DNA from: a virus
Taxonomy: Duplodnaviria; Caudoviricetes
DNA: 64,000 bases
Virus record (IMG/VR): IMGVR_UViG_3300028888_000053
Location: 96,001-160,000 of that record
Direction: 5' to 3' (one strand)
This document shows positions 1 through 12,754 of the stretch, piece after piece. Numbering within the stretch: position 1 is the stretch's first letter; each line of letters begins with the position of its first letter. The notes beneath the pieces were generated by a model, which saw only the letters and a program-made list of their open reading frames with translations, searched no databases and had not been told where the DNA came from. The position numbers and the translations under genes are program-made.

Positions 1-637
1 ATCCATTTATTTTATTCCCACTAACCTGAGTAGAAATATCATTTCCACTAGTATCAGACAAAGTGTGATATAAACTGCCATTATAATCGAAAAGGATATT
101 TTTGAAATCATAATTCGCAGAGTTTCCATTTTCATCCTCCATATAATAAATAACTCCCTTATCTCTTATTCCATCATCTAATATATTATATAATGGGTTG
201 TAATAAACTATCCAAGGTTGTACCTTATTATTCTCTATAACATATACCTAAGGTAATATCTGATCTTCAGTAATAGCTATAGAGAATAATTGATACACTT
301 TAGATGGATTTTTATTCAAACCCCATGTTATTTTCTAATTTGCCCCATTTAATTCAAATGAAGAATATATCGTCTAGTAATCATTAATAATATAAATATT
401 ACCAATTACTAATTTCTTCTATAACATTAACTCCATGAACTCTTCATGTGTAACTTCATGGGTCTTAACCTCAAGCTTAGAAATCTCTCTTGCTATATCA
501 TCAACACCAACAGCTCCTATATTCCTTCTAATATAAGACTACTCAATAGTAGTGAATCCAGCAAGATAATCTTTTCTACTAAGATAATTCTTCAGATCCT
601 CAAATAAGACATGCTAATAACAATGTGGATCTTTCAT
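1..637 (-). CDS. TAG-recoded late protein, probably virion/tail-associated; runs off the window start
   Basis: ATG at 637 (MKDPHCY*HVLFEDLKNYL...). The frame is open to position 1 apart from in-frame TAGs. Confidence 0.7.
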
Positions 638-804
638 AAGCTTAAGTATTTAGCTATAATGTATTCAGGGCGATCAAGATACTCTTTAATATCTAGCAGA
701 TTGATCATATCTAAAATATAATCATAATTATATGTATAACCGCTAAAATATGCTTTGAGCATCTTCTTATATTCATGAATTATTTTTCTTTTTAACGGCG
801 ACAT
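634..804 (-). CDS. small hypothetical protein (56 aa)
   Basis: MSPLKRKIIHEYKKML...KYLSL-TGA; overlaps both neighbours (ATGA coupling at 634-637). Confidence 0.5.
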   Translation of the reverse strand: MSPLKRKIIHEYKKMLKAYFSGYTYNYDYILDMINLLDIKEYLDRPEYIIAKYLSL

Positions 805-1580
805 CCACAATCTGCATTTTTAAGACCAGGCTCTCTAGTGTTTTCACAGAATGAGTTACACCCAGTCGTAAGTTCTAATACATTCTAAGCATCTATATAT
901 AAATGATCTTGTAGATAAAATAATATTACATTATAAGTCATCCAAACGAAATCTCTTTTAAATCTTAATTGACTATCAGCCTATTCACAACGATCAGGAC
1001 AATAATCAAATAATGCTTTAGATAATTTAATGTAACATTCTTTTAATTTAGCAGTACTAAATACATCAAAACTAGCTTTTGAAATAGTACCTCTATAATC
1101 GTCTGAATAACAATTATTTAATTCTACAATTTCTTTAATGTCAACTGGATATGCTGTACTAGTTTCTCTATTATACTTAAATACATCACATCCGTCACTG
1201 ACATAAATATGATTATATTGTGTAAGATTTTCGTCATCATAAACATCATTCTCCAACCAATCTAATGTAGGCAATATCAAATGATGTACTATATAATAAC
1301 CATCTTTATCAATAGGAATCCTAATAGAATCAGCTGTTTCGCTAGCAGATGGGAGTTTGTCATGTTTCGTATAAACAGTCTTGACAACCTCTTCACCTTT
1401 ACTAGATTCATAGAATAATGATGTTATTGAAACAGTTTTCGAATATTTGAATGTCTCAAATCCTCCGCTGAATTCAGGAGCGTCCTCATCCAAATATCTA
1501 TGAAACTCAGGATTCTTTGTGTAATCTGTGATGGCAATAGTTCCATCAAGATCCTATGTGATTTCAACAGATAATTCCAT
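792..1580 (-). CDS. crAss-like virion protein downstream of portal (TAG-recoded, 262 aa)
   Basis: Track ORF 981-1493 extends both ways through TAGs: MELSVEIT*DLDG...FKRDFVWMTYNVI...GCNSFC...ADCGCRR-TAA. Confidence 0.7.
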
Positions 1581-1597
1581 ATTCAATCCTTAATAAA

Positions 1598-3790
1598 TTA
1601 TTCATACTATCTTACTTTATCGTTATAGGGATTACCATCATGTAACTACATAATCTCAACATCAACTCTCTTCTGGTCGTTATCCATTTCACGATCTTTC
1701 CAAGTACGCTCAGTCTTAGCTTTATACCATGCTATTTCAGTGTCCATCTTGAGTTTTTGTTGTTCAAGTTGCATCTTAGCTTCATTAAGCTATTGAATTT
1801 TATTTTGAGCTTCTTGTAATTGTTTCTGAGCCTCTTTGAGCTATTGTTCCATCTATTGTCCCTATTGTGTGAGCTGCTATATTTGATTATTTTCTTCTTT
1901 CTGTTTAGCCATCGCTTTTTGAACTTTATATTTCAAATCACTTAAGCTCTTACATGTTAATGCTTCAAAAATAATATCCGGTGCCAAGGATCCAGATCTT
2001 ATAAAATCAGGTATAACAGCTTTTATCTATTCCATATCTTTCATTACGTCTGTACTAGTCGTAATGTGAATATCATAATCACTTAATGTAAAATGTTCTG
2101 GCAAAGCAGTAAAAATCCTCTAATACTTTTCACCTAAAACAATAGTTCCGGTTAATCCATTTTTATAAACAACTTTCGCTTCATTAAGTGCATCTAATAA
2201 GATTTCATTTGTGATTAAATCCATCTGTACAAAATATTGTTTTGTAACAATGAATGAATTATTAACACCTTGTTTTATATTTGTAACAGCATCTCTCTAT
2301 TCAATGCCATTAAGTCTTTCTCTAAATACTCCAGTAATTGAACTACAAGTATCTTCAATACTCTGGATTGCCATTTGAAATGCCTGAATGGTCTAACCTT
2401 TAATAGAATCATCATAACCATTAAAGATAGTATTCAATGGAGCCTATCCATTACCTACACGTCCTTCCTACGAACTATCCAAGAATGCGGTGCCAGCTTT
2501 TCTGTAAGCCATCCATTTTTGAATTCTCTCAGTTAAATCACCACCTAAGAACGACGGTAACAAACTAACATCCAAAAACTCACCAACTGTACCACTATTA
2601 GCAATAATACTATCTCTTAAGAAGAATAATACATTATATCTCATCTAAAGAGGAGCACATGCTAATACTAATGAATAAGGCTATTCTGTTCTATTTAAGA
2701 AATAAATACCATTAACACTTAATCCACAATAAGAAGGATTGTCAATACTTCTTCTTACATCCTCATCCTTTCCATGTAAAATGTAAATTGATTCTCCAAT
2801 TCTAACAGTTTTATATCTGAACATTACAAAGTCCTTATCTGTCTCCAACCATTCAACTTCGTATACAGGTATAAACTTTGCATATCTATCAAACTAGAAA
2901 TCTGTTGGATAACCAGGTACAACTTCTTGTCCAGCTAAAATACCATTCGTAGCAGGTAATCCATTGTGTGGAATGTTAACAATATAATGACTAGAATAAT
3001 CCTACATTGATACTGTCCATTCGTCTTCAATAGTTTTTAAATCCTCTTTACTTAATTCTCTACCATATTCATTTAATATTTGACTCTTAGTCATCCATTT
3101 TCTACAAACGACTCTATAAGAATCTCTAACATAAGGAGAATTAGGATTTCTATCAATAAATGTATTAAGTGGATTTAAAACTTCAATTTCAACATTATTC
3201 TTATTCGGCGTAGACTTTACTTTATAAAAACTATAACCAGTAATAAGAATATCCAATAACAAATGACGTAACTTGTTGATAATATCAGTACTTCTAGACT
3301 GCATGATATATTCAATAACATTCTAAGCAGCAATCTCATACTCAGATATAAAATTAGTATTTATATCTTCAATTAATTTATTTAATTGCTACTCTATATC
3401 ATGATCAACAATGTCTTTTCCATCCATGAAACCAAGAATGGAATTCTTTAATTTACCTTTAAGGAATTTAAAAACCTCCTCGGTAATTTTTAATTGCTTA
3501 TCTCGTTCTATGTTGGAAATAGTCCTGGAATCTTTACAAGAAACTTTAGGCAGAATAGGAGTTCCTAAATACTCACCAATTAAAGCATCAACGTGTTTCT
3601 TAATCAATGGTATAAACTCCACCTTTGTTGCATTTCCTATACCGCAATTCTCTTCTAGGTAACGGTAATCTTCCGTTCTTAATTTACCAGCATAATAATC
3701 ATAAGCCTTCTATAACTCGAGTTTAGGATATACTAATTCAGTTATCGCTTTATCAGTAAGATCCTGTAAACGTTCCTGTTCTTTAGTCAT
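1598..3790 (-). CDS. portal protein (TAG-recoded, 730 aa)
   Basis: One frame joins track ORFs 3389-3622 and 3002-3304. N-terminus has AYDYYAGK...YRYLEENCGIGNATKVEFIPLIKKHVDALIGEYL, C-terminus is a Q-rich coiled coil, and it lies downstream of terminase as in crAss-like phages. Confidence 0.85.
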
Positions 3791-3817
3791 AATTATACAT
3801 ATTTTTATTTTCGCAGA

Positions 3818-3846
3818 ATTATAACATATTTTAACGCTTTTATCAA
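3818..3846 (-). promoter_or_regulatory. putative promoter TTGATA-N17-TATAAT upstream of portal
   Basis: Exact 17-nt spacer; the same architecture recurs at 11.8, 18.0 and 35.35 kb. Confidence 0.6.
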
Positions 3847-3891
3847 CTATTTGGTAAAGTTTTGTAATTTATTGACTTTTATTAACAAATA

Positions 3892-3921
3892 AAGGTCAAC
3901 TATGATGAAATAGCTGACCTT
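3892..3921 (-). terminator. hairpin terminator after DUF4422 gene
   Basis: aaggtcaacta...tagctgacctt inverted repeat followed by a T-rich tract on the minus strand. Confidence 0.55.
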
Positions 3922-3932
3922 GCGAGTATATA

Positions 3933-4703
3933 TTATTCAGACTGATAGCTCATATCTCTGTCACCACATACAAGTAATTGAGCGACATAAGAGTTCTTAA
4001 ATTTTTTACGCTTGAATATATCCCAGAGATATTCACTTATAAAACCCTCCATCCTGACTTGCCACTTAAGAGAATCTTTATTCCAGTTAAATAATTTCTG
4101 TTTTTTAACAAGTAATTTTTTTAATGATTCGTCATCATGTACATTAAAATATTCATCAATCTTATCCAAAACACCAAAAACAAATTCGGCGCCTTCTAAG
4201 AAATCTTCTTTCTTCATGATGAACATATTACAGTACGAACAGTATTTATCATTTAAAAATGTTCTTAATAATTCAACATCATCAGGATAATATTCCTAAA
4301 AAACAGCAAGTAAAGCATGTACATATTCTTCAAAATGCTGTAACCTCATTATCAAATGATTAGGTAATCCACTACTCCAAGGCGTAGCAAATATAGCACC
4401 ATGAGAATCAATTATACTCTTTACATTAGAAGTATCATCCATAAACTCTTCAAAAAATCTTCTATAATGGCAAAAACCAACATACTGAGACAACTTTTCA
4501 GGATGTTTCCATAAATGACGAATTTGACAACATTCGCCATATCCTATCTTGTGCTTCTAAGTGAATTCATCATCCAACAATATTACAGGAAGCTCTGTAT
4601 TTGTGACATTCTCATTCTGCGCAGCAATAATGTACCCATCTCCTTTCGGAAGCTTATTATTAATTTTGTTGTGAGCACAGATGAATATATTCAAGTCATC
4701 CAT
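3933..4703 (-). CDS. DUF4422 (GT111-like) glycosyltransferase, TAG-recoded
   Basis: MDDLNIFICAHNK...YGECCQIRHLWKH...YVGFCHYRRFF...NMFIMKKEDF...RMEGFISE; joins track ORFs 4296-4493 and 3933-4226. Confidence 0.75.
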
Positions 4704-4852
4704 TAACATTTCTTATTAGTAATTATGTTTGCTATGGCATTCATAACAAAGTCTTTAACATCACTGGAACCCTGACTGATATAAGCTAATATCTGTTTTA
4801 ACATATAATTATTTTCTCTTAAAAGGTCCAGTATTTCATTCTCATTATTCAT
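4703..4852 (-). CDS. small hypothetical protein (49 aa)
   Basis: MNNENEILDLLRENNYMLKQIL...; overlaps both neighbours. Confidence 0.5.
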   Translation of the reverse strand: MNNENEILDLLRENNYMLKQILAYISQGSSDVKDFVMNAIANIITNKKC

Positions 4853-5157
4853 TTACAACACGCGTGATTGTGAGGTTCTCTGTGATAAGGCTAATCAAAT
4901 GCGTCATATTTATAACCGGTATAAAAATTAATATCACCCAAATGACGCCATCTCATTTCCTCACGAAAATACTTTAAAAATTTGTCATCATCTAATTCAA
5001 TAGCAATATGAATTGGACGTTCATCACAATCTAAACCAAGCTATACATCCCAACCTTCAGTTTTCAAAGGTACTATCTTTAAAGGACCAATATAACATTT
5101 CTTATATTGATTAAAAATAATATCTAGGATCGCTTGTCTTAACTAATCCATATCCAT
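4849..5157 (-). CDS. hypothetical protein downstream of terminase (TAG-recoded)
   Basis: MDMD*LRQAILDIIFNQYKKCYIGPLKI...LGLDCDERPIHI...; open except for TAGs. Confidence 0.65.
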
Positions 5158-7408
5158 AGTCGTCCATATTGAAATTGTTTGTAAAATTAACTTTAACTTC
5201 TCTCTTCTTCGGAATAGCACCCCAATGTTTTACTCCATTCTCATCATAATAGAAACCAATATCACGAAAATCATTATTGGCTTCTTGCTTTACAGCTTTA
5301 GGTACAACTCCAGATAATTCTTCGTCTGCCAACATTGCCATACCACATGCTGCGACACAGTCAAACTTTCTTTTAAATTCAAAAGTGTACTAACTAAGTT
5401 GTTCGATCATTTCTTCAAACCACATATTTTCTCCATACTCTTCAATGTAGTCTGCTATTAAATCATTCTAATGATTAATAATAGAAGTTGTGGCAGGGGT
5501 ACCATATGAGTTTGTTCTTTTTTTCGTTATGTCTGGATATGTAGCACTTGGACGATGCATAAAGTATCTTAAGAATTTATTAGATCTAGCAAAAGATAGT
5601 AATGAAATACGAGTCGCCTCTAAGTTAATCTGACAATTGTAATACATAGCCAAGGCAATTGCAGTCTAAAAAGCTTGTTTCAATTTTTCTGGTCTATCCT
5701 TATACATTGCTACAAACTAAGGAGGTTTCATTCCATATGCTCTTCTATAAATAACCATACAGAACTAAGATGCATCTCTTGTTTCAGAACTAGTATCTTC
5801 TTGTCCTAAGTCAATAGAGTCAATACCGGCAACATATAATGACTATTGCATTGGTATTACTTCTTTCTAGACTTCTTCTCGTTCTCCATTCTCGTTAACA
5901 ACAAAACTCTTCTATGGAATCCATAATGGATGTTCAAGAATCTATACTTTACCAGATCTTATATTCTACCAAATAACATCTGTAATATTAGCAGAATTAA
6001 ATTCATGATCGCCACTCTTATACTAAAATTTAAACATTCCTTCATCAATGTGTGGGCATTGATGCATTGCTCTAATTCTAGTTAACTAAGTTGCTAGTAT
6101 AGCTTTATTAAACTAGTTAACACCTTCTTTAGAAAATGCTTCTTCCAAAGTATAACAATACTCAGCACAATAATCTAATAATGCTTTTGGAGAAGAAGAA
6201 CGCTGTGCTCTTTCTTTGTCGTAATATTCCTTTGCTTTTACTTCGTCACAGTATCCTCTTTCGTCAATGTAGTTTTCTTGATATACAGCTTTATAACAAG
6301 GAATAAAGAATGCAGTATACATCACAGATCCATCTTCTGTATATGTATTTTTAAATGGCAATACATCATATACTTCTGGATTAAATGAAACAACTCTTAA
6401 TCCTTCTAGCATAGCTCCTTCATCACCACCAGTACCTCCTAATGAAATCAAACCGATCTTCTAAGCACCAAGAGTTACAAGGGCTGTTGCCTTCACTAAC
6501 TAAGTAAGTAATTCCTTATTATGTCCAGCCTCTTCCATTACAAATAAATCAGTACGTTGACCACGGACCTTACTACTTCTATCTGCAACGATAGCTGTAA
6601 TCTAAGATTTCCAACCAACCTCAACTTCCTGTCCATTTACTTTCTTTAAGAAAGAAGCTCGTTTCTAATATCTAGAATTAGATACCTGTGTTAGTTTTTT
6701 AAATCCACCATCTGTATTATCATTTAAAAACGATAAAGCATCCCATACTTTCTAAATGGTAGTATCAACATAATTCTACGTAGTTGCAGACAAAATCGTA
6801 TTACTTCCACGAAATGAATTATACTAGTTAGCCATTACAGCAGCATTAATTTCACTAAAGCCAATACCACGACTTTTCATTAATGCTACATTCTTTCTTA
6901 AATACTTACATAATTCATAGTAATGGAAATATTCATATTGATATACTAAAAATTGAGGGAATACTAAAGCTCTTGAGGTACCTGCCTTTTCTACATTTGG
7001 ATTAGGTAACTAATAAAAATTTAAAAAGAAATAATGATTACCAGTAATAGTATATCCATTTACTGTCATTCCATCCCTGCAATAGACATACTACTAATGC
7101 CAAAAATCTTTAAAAGCTTTAGTATTTTTCTTTGCTAAAGTATAATGTCCATTTTTTAAGAAACCATCCCTTGCTTCTGTAAACCAAGATGGATTAAAAT
7201 CAAGTCCATGATCTTGATTGATCGGTCTATATCCAGTTATTTCATAACTAAGTGTAGTATCAAAGAATGGGATAGGATCATCTTTTTTAACATCCCATTC
7301 TCCCTTGTGTAACTATTCAACTTGTTTTTTAATCTCCTTGAATTCATTTTCTTCTTTCTATTTCATTTCAGAAAGAATCTTCAATACTTCTTCTGGTAAC
7401 TATTCCAT
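5111..7408 (-). CDS. terL: terminase large subunit (TAG-recoded, 765 aa)
   Basis: Walker A MKSRGIGFSE, Walker B DLFVMEEAG, coupling motif GGTGG, nuclease YVAGIDSIDLG...KFDCVAACGMA. Track ORFs 6113-6451, 5468-5653 and 5111-5341 share the frame. Confidence 0.95.
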
Positions 7409-7414
7409 AATTCA

Positions 7415-8002
7415 TCACAAATCATCAGGTAAATAGCCATCTTCAGCATCACCACGAATACTAGATTTCTCGCTAATTTCCTTTTTAACTTGATCTTCCA
7501 GAATCAATAATTCTTCATGAACTTTATGAAGATTAGAAATTTGTTGTTGTAATTTTGTTACATCATATAATGGTTTTCCTGTCTAGTCATCTATTTCTGT
7601 TGGATCAACAAAATCAAAATAATCTATAAATTTATCGGCCATTCTTTGTGCAGCCTGAAGTAATCGAATACTTCTATTTGATTCTTGTAATTCTTTGAAT
7701 TTTCTACAGGCTGCACGAAAATCAGGATCATTGAACTCTTCTTCTGTCATATTAGCATCCTATAAGGCATACTCATGACGTTCGCGTTCAAACATATCTT
7801 TGTATGGACTTAGCCAATGTAAGGCTAAATAGATATATTTAAACTCTCGAAAAGCTCTTAATTTCTGTTTGCCAGTCTTATCTTCTGGACATTTATTTCT
7901 TTTAACATCTAATAATGCATCAAATTCTTTGATTAAAAGTACACCAGGATCTTCTAACTACACCTATCCAGTTGTATCATCATAAGAAAAAAAACTATTC
8001 AT
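7415..8002 (-). CDS. protein immediately upstream of terL; terminase small subunit candidate (TAG-recoded)
   Basis: MNSFFSYDDTTG*V*LEDPGVLLIKEF...AFREFKYIYL...IRGDAEDGYLPDDL; helical, 195 aa. The function call is positional only. Confidence 0.5.
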
Positions 8003-8031
8003 TTACTTATTATCATTAATCATTTATTTAA

Positions 8032-9435
8032 TCATTCAGATTTAATACCAATCTTTGCTAAGGCGTCTCTATTAAGTGATGGCGTTGTTTTTTTACTCGT
8101 TGTTTCTTTACTCTTTTTATATCTTTCATAATCGTCTTCACCCAAACTAGCTAATGTCCGATTCGCCTTCTAAATTCTTCTAAATTTTTCCATTGTCGGT
8201 TGTTTGTTAAAATCTAAGATCATAGAATCCAACTAATCCCAAGTATTTATAGATTGTCTACCTTTAGGATCTGCTACTACTTTACCATCTCCGTTGAAGT
8301 AATAATTAACACCATTAACTGTTTTTACTGGCTCTTCTCCATTTAATTGAGCTTTGGTGTATTGAGCAGTACCACCACCTTGATGTTTCTTCACTTTACC
8401 ACCACAAGCCATCTAAGCCTTAATGGCACTCATGACTTTACTACCACCACAATTCTTTGTGATCTTTTTTCCACATTTTGCCTATACTGGTTTATGAACC
8501 TTATTACATACTGGGCACATAGTTCCGCCTTGTTTCATATAAACTAATTCATAACCCTCAGGACAAATCTTCTTGAGCTCTTTAATATACTCTAACTTAG
8601 CACCACGTTTAGCACTTTGAACTCGTGCTGTTTGTTGTGCTGCTTGTTGCATAATACCTTTAATAGTACCTGGCTGTTGTAACTAAGCTAAAGCCTATGG
8701 CTCTTTTTGCTGAATAATACTAGCTCCCTTCTTTACTAACTATTCATTCTATACTAATTCTGCAAGAGAATTAGGATCTTGAATGTATGCGGGAATAACT
8801 GTTTGTAAGGCATCCTAAAGTGTTTTATCTGGATTGGCACCAATAAATGCACACATACCTAGTAAAACAACTTGTTCATCCTGGTCTAATTCAGCCTGAC
8901 CAGAAGTCAATTGGCCTCCTTGTTGATGTACTGGTTTAAAACTACTACTCTATCCTAATAACATGTCGTGTTCGTTATCATATAATTTTGTTGGATCATC
9001 TGGATCTACATATAAATATCTATCGTATTCAGGAAAATATGTACTTATTGTTTGTTGAGCATATGGATTTGGTGTCCAACTTAAAGAATAAGTATCAATT
9101 CCTTTTGCTGCTTGGTCCCAAATAAATTTTTTAGCCTAATTCTTAGCTGTATTAGACATATTAGATGGATCATATTCTGAACGAGCCTTGTCCCAATTTT
9201 TTCTACTCTAACGAACAAGGTTTTTCACCTCGCGTCTAGACCATCCGTTACTTCCATCCCATCCCTTTACACCATTATTTTGATTATTAGCGTAACTAAA
9301 CTTCTCTCCATCAAAATATGCAGTAGTTGGTGAAGCGTTTAATCTCTATCGTAAAAATTTACGATTTCTTCTACCTTTGTACTAAGCAGCATTTAATATC
9401 GCATCGTATGATTGATTAAAATCAAAATCTGCCAT
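8032..9435 (-). CDS. TAG-recoded 467-aa protein with repeated K-x-GG motifs; probable virion internal/cargo protein
   Basis: Continuous frame with TAG=Q; motifs HQQGGQL, AKRGAKL, MKQGGT, KNCGGSK, MACGGKVKKHQGGG; also CPEG...CPVC. Confidence 0.7.
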
Positions 9436-9437
9436 AA

Positions 9438-9677
9438 TCAGTCAATTTTAATTAAGTCTTTTGTATTAAATATTGCCTCCTATAGTTCCATTAAAGTATT
9501 AAACCACATACATTTAATACCTTTTAAAGCATTACTTTTCTAGTCAGACTAATGTTTAAAGACATTAGATACTTTCGACACTACAATCATAGTGGGAGAG
9601 TTCTCTATTTGCTATTTTAATTTTACTCTCTAACCAGGGAGAAAATAAATCTTATCATCTTCTTCTGTATAATTCAT
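9438..9677 (-). CDS. small SH3/YodC-like protein (TAG-recoded)
   Basis: FLPG*RVKLK...SPTMIV...GIKCMWFNT...*EAIFNTKDL. Confidence 0.55.
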
Positions 9678-9688
9678 TTCTTATCAAT

Positions 9689-10279
9689 TTAATTTTTAAT
9701 ACTTTCAAAACGCTCTGTTAATTTAGTATTAACAACAGCAATAACTCTATTCTCATTAATCATCTCAAAACCTTGTCTGAAAAATGGAACGTTAACCATA
9801 GAAGTGTTGGTATAAAAAATAGTATCACCAGGTCTTATATACTCAGTCTTAGGACCAACTTCTACAACTTCTGCAACCGTGATAATACTCTTCTCTTCTT
9901 CTGTTTCTCCAGTTTCATTACTCTTATATGTAGGTTTATAACCTTCAATATCATAAATGAAACCAGATGCGCTTTTCTTAATCCTTTGGAAAGGATTCTC
10001 TTTAAACGGGCGTACTAAGATATTATTATTAATAACCTTTAATTCAAGGTCTGGCATAATATCATTAAGTTTCTCAGAAAACTTCTTTACTACATTTTCA
10101 TTATCAGCTAGTTTAGAGGTCATTTCATCTACTTTCTGATTGAATTTTTCACGAGCCTCCATTTCAAATAATTCCTGACTCGATTTGCCATTTACCTCAA
10201 AATGCTTTGCGTCACTCTCAATACCAGTTACCATTCTGGCTAATTTTTCATTTGATGTCTACAAATTTCCTTTTTCCAT
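9689..10279 (-). CDS. GroES-like co-chaperonin
   Basis: NNNILVRP...KKSASGFIY...VAEVVEVGP...IRPGDTIFY; start extended through one TAG to ATG at 10279. Confidence 0.7.
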
Positions 10280-10307
10280 AATCATTATCATTTTTAATTG
10301 TTAAACA

Positions 10308-10577
10308 TTACCATTTACCGGCTGGACATACCTCATCAACAACTTTCGTTTTCCATGACAATTTACATCCACAACCTCTTTTCATTCCTCCTAAATTTTC
10401 TAAACTAACTTCACCCGTTTCTGGATTTAACCATAATTTACTATTGCACATTCCGTCAAACTTCTTAGAATATAAAGGACAGATTCTGCAAATCTACATT
10501 CTCTTTTCACTAATATCCATATTTAAATCGAGTGCGTCATTGACAATTCCTTTTACAATATGACCAACATTATACAT
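10308..10577 (-). CDS. Cys-rich zinc-finger-like protein (TAG-recoded)
   Basis: KRM*ICRICPL...MCNSKLWLNP...RGCGC...CPAGKW-TAA. Confidence 0.65.
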
Positions 10578-10580
10578 ATT

Positions 10581-11480
10581 TCAATAAACAATAGGTTTTC
10601 GTCTCTCTCGTTTTTGATCTCTGATTAATTTCTTCCTATAGAAATCCAATATTCTTTTTACATCATCTTTTAAATAATCACAATGATATAATGTATTATT
10701 ACCTTTATAATCATAATGATTAATCATTAAGTCTTTAATGTGATAATCTTCATTTTGACTCTCTATCATAAAGGCATAAAAACTCAATTGCAATTGATAC
10801 AAATTATAATTGCAATTATCTAAATGGTTTACAGGATATAACATTTTTTGTGTATTATGCAAACCTTGATCGTAATACCCTTTAGTCTTTATGTCTTTTG
10901 TGAATTTATGATCTATTATATAAATATCATTATTATCTTTAATTAACAAATCAGCCTGACCAGCTATATTAATCATCTTATCGTCTGACGAATAGTTTAT
11001 CAAATACTCAGGATAAACTCCATTCTGTAAATCTGAGGCAGTATTCTCCCTATGATAGGTTAATTTACCGCCAATACCAAATTTAGTTAAATTAATATCG
11101 GTATCGTAGAAAGAACGCTCGAGGTCCGCATGCATTTTTGTCCCACGTTCGCGTGCGGACCTGTTGCTTTCTTCCCACTCATCTAAAATTCGTTGTTGTT
11201 CTCGATTAAAATCATTCTCCGATATGTCATATAGATCCAAAATCTTCTTATCGAAACGCTTAGAAGACAGTAACGACTTTTTCTCCATCTGCCACCTGTC
11301 TTTCGGGATTAATAACTCCAAGGCTTTTAAAGCACTATAGAATTCTTTATTAAAAGGTTGTTCAAATGAGTGGATCAAAGTGGTTACTGATATATATTTT
11401 AAATCTTCATCATTAGCATTCCAATAACAATGATTTTCGTCATTGTAACATATATCTCCGTTCTTTTTCGTGATGTCCAT
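10581..11480 (-). CDS. PD-(D/E)XK superfamily exonuclease
   Basis: YISVTT, RGTKMH, PEYLI, IAGQADL, IIDHKF, YQLQLSFY motifs. Confidence 0.85.
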   Translation of the reverse strand: MDITKKNGDICYNDENHCYWNANDEDLKYISVTTLIHSFEQPFNKEFYSALKALELLIPKDRWQMEKKSLLSSKRFDKKILDLYDISENDFNREQQRILDEWEESNRSARERGTKMHADLERSFYDTDINLTKFGIGGKLTYHRENTASDLQNGVYPEYLINYSSDDKMINIAGQADLLIKDNNDIYIIDHKFTKDIKTKGYYDQGLHNTQKMLYPVNHLDNCNYNLYQLQLSFYAFMIESQNEDYHIKDLMINHYDYKGNNTLYHCDYLKDDVKRILDFYRKKLIRDQKRERRKPIVY

Positions 11481-11533
11481 AATACATATTCATTAACATG
11501 CTATGTAATCACAAAGAGCGGATTACATAGCGA

Positions 11534-11746
11534 TCATTTGTCTCTATATTTATATTTATAATGATAATCTATTCCGAGAATTGCACCAACAAAAGATAAT
11601 GCTTCTCCAAACGCTACAAGCACGGAACTATCTATGATTCCTAATGGAGGAGCAATAAAACCAAAAACAATTAAAAAACAACCTACTATCAACACCAATG
11701 AAGCTGATATCAGTTGAGCTTTAAATTGCAATTCAGTCTACTCCAT
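11534..11746 (-). CDS. two-TM membrane protein, holin-like (TAG at codon 3)
   Basis: ME*TELQFKAQLISASLVLIVGCFLIVFGFIAPPLGIIDSSVLVAFGE...; basic C-terminal tail. Confidence 0.55.
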
Positions 11747-11812
11747 GCAAACTCTAATTAATGTTAATATCTGTTATTAAATCTAAATAAAATAAAATAA
11801 TCTACAAATAAT

Positions 11813-11854
11813 TTGAATTACGGACATTATAATCTTATAATTCAGCAAAATCAA
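11813..11854. promoter_or_regulatory. overlapping divergent promoters (TTGAAT-N17-TATAAT on +, TTGATT-N17-TATAAT on -)
   Basis: + boxes at 11813-11818 and 11836-11841; - boxes at 11849-11854 and 11826-11831; lies between divergent genes. Confidence 0.6.
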
Positions 11855-11877
11855 ATATTTAATCTAATTAATTAATT

Positions 11878-12753
11878 ATGTACGAAAATCATGCATTAAA
11901 ACTCGTTCCGCGATACAAGAAAGGAAGTGGAATACATATAAAAGAATCTACTAAAGGAAGCTTTACCAAATACTGTAATGGTAAGGTTACTAATAAATGT
12001 ATATAGCGAGGCAAGAATAGTCCTGATCCAAAAATTAGAAAGAAGGCTATCTTTGCTTAGAATAGTAGAAAATGGAAACATTAGTTTGGTGGATTAATGT
12101 GGGCTGATGCTATGCAGTTTGATTATAATACCTTTTAGAAGTCAGGACTACCTGCTAGCCAACCTCATTCTACACAAATGGATATTGATGCTATAAATCA
12201 ATAGCTAGCTTAGAATATGGCTCAAAAACAAGCTGACATATAGACATAGAAATTAGAAGACCAAGCAATAAGCAAAGCTAATAACGAAAAAGCTGAAGGA
12301 TTAACTAATTCAATATTAGATGGAGGACAAAAAATTGCAATGTCATTTGCTAATGCTGCAGCAAATGCAAAACAGTTTAATAATCAAGCCGATCAAACAA
12401 AATTAGAAGAAACACTAAAAAATAAAGGCCTATTAGATAAATATAAAGCTGGAGAAATTACTGCCGCAGATGCTTATGCTAAAGCTGGAGGAACTAGGCT
12501 GAAGTTTAACTAGGATGGATCTTTACAATTACGCCAAATTAAACTTACTCCACAGCAACTCGCTCAACAGCAAAACGATCCAATGGCTTTGTTATAGCAA
12601 TTCATGCAATTTTATCAAGCTCAATCAGCTAAAAAAGGTGGAAAAATTAAAAATAAAAAAAGATTAATACCTAAAGTACATCAACCATTTGGACATGTAT
12701 CTGTACTTGACGATACTGGAGTTATTAATCCTAGAACTTTAAAATTAAAATAA
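11878..12753 (+). CDS. TAG-recoded basic/Q-rich protein with K-x-GG motifs; probable virion internal protein
   Basis: MYENHALKLVPRYKKGSGIHIKESTKGSFTKYC...KKAIFA*NSRKWKH*FGG...AKKGGKIKNKKRLIPKVHQPFG; absent from the ORF track because of TAGs. Confidence 0.75.
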
Positions 12754-12754
12754 T

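Noticed and set aside
10581-11480. cas4 of a CRISPR-Cas system
   Set aside because: Stand-alone PD-(D/E)XK nuclease without the Cas4 Fe-S cysteine set or cas neighbours.
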